Below, one piece after another: positions 63,861 through 64,000 of a stretch of 64,000 bases of DNA. The notes beneath the pieces were generated by a model. The model was not told the DNA's origin, did not search any database, and saw only the letters and a list, made by a program, of their open reading frames with translations. The stretch covers positions 42,455-106,454 of the forward strand of contig CAVQZE010000007.1 of assembly GCA_963718385.1 (NCBI GenBank), in the 5' to 3' direction. The position numbers and the translations under genes are program-made. Numbering within the stretch: the stretch's first letter is position 1; each line of letters starts with the position of its first letter. Source of the DNA: an uncultured Actinomycetes bacterium (GTDB taxonomy: Bacteria; Actinomycetota; Thermoleophilia; Gaiellales; Gaiellaceae).

Positions 63861-64000
63861 ATGAGCGCTGAGTACCGCTTCCTCGACGAGTGGCATCTGC
63901 CGGCGGACATCGAGCGCGTCTACGACCTCGTCGGCCATCCGCTCGACTACCCGAACTGGTGGAGTGCGGTGTTCGTCGCCGCGGACGGCGACGGCGGCGA
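63861..64000 (+). CDS. SRPBCC (polyketide cyclase/dehydrase-like) family protein, 5' fragment truncated by the window end
   Basis: ATG 63861. MSAEYRFLDEWHLPADIERVYDLVGHPLDYPNWW resembles SRPBCC N-termini. Only about 46 codons are visible. Confidence 0.45.
   Translation, partial: MSAEYRFLDEWHLPADIERVYDLVGHPLDYPNWWSAVFVAADGDGG

Overview
This is a very GC-rich (about 70% or more by eye) 64-kb chromosomal segment with actinobacterium-like gene content: an HrdB-type principal sigma factor, three ECF sigma factors, LytR_C, CopC/CopD and hopanoid genes. I can support about 75 protein-coding loci and one tRNA-Thr(CGU). I found no rRNA, CRISPR array, transposase, integrase or phage genes.

Main blocks, in order:
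- An ArsR-MFS pair, then fpg/nei, tdk and a DrrAB-like ABC exporter.
- folE2 and plsY.
- A divergent pair of Fe/Mn superoxide dismutases next to an ECF sigma/anti-sigma pair.
- A double-length ThyX-like gene back to back with a DUF72 gene.
- A 13.7-kb same-strand gene string (28454 down to 14733) joined almost throughout by overlapping stop/start codons. It holds a complete hopanoid core (hpnC-hpnD-hpnE-shc-hpnH-hpnG-ispH), then yjbQ, small membrane proteins, CopC/CopD, and an ornithine-cyclodeaminase / citrate-synthase / kynureninase-like trio.
- A TetR-regulated DHA2 MFS pump with a textbook promoter and three palindromic operators.
- tRNA-Thr, the principal sigma factor, and a membrane-tethered ECF sigma.
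- tmk-holB, and envelope genes (epimerase, LytR_C, O-antigen-ligase-like).
- Class II ribonucleotide reductase nrdJ.
- A LuxR / vanadium-haloperoxidase-like / luciferase-like monooxygenase / B12-radical-SAM / unknown-protein neighbourhood.
- A glycerophosphodiester/glycerol-3-phosphate-looking locus (PHP, glpD, ABC importer, GDPD).
- Amidase, methyltransferase and patatin genes.

The most striking property is technical or evolutionary rather than a new gene system. About 50 reading-frame breaks hit about 25 genes, including essential ones (tmk, holB, ispH, plsY). About 80% behave as +1 insertions. They cluster in three hot zones, while more than 17 kb (44.6-50.9 and 52.5-64 kb) is clean. As a result, the giant ORFs in the six-frame track (1062 aa, 1134 aa, 792 aa, 720 aa and others) are concatenations or antisense shadows, not real proteins. 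I reconstructed genes across frames from the track and mark those loci as frameshifted.

The best candidates for undescribed biology are modest and unproven:
- The unknown-protein / B12-rSAM / LLM operon flanked by a secreted haloperoxidase-like enzyme and a LuxR regulator.
- A duplicated AT-rich palindromic 24-mer in front of the OCD / citrate-synthase / kynureninase-like operon.
- An ECF sigma factor fused to a TM helix and a long Pro/Thr-rich tail.

All family calls rest on motifs I can read in the translations. No database search was run.
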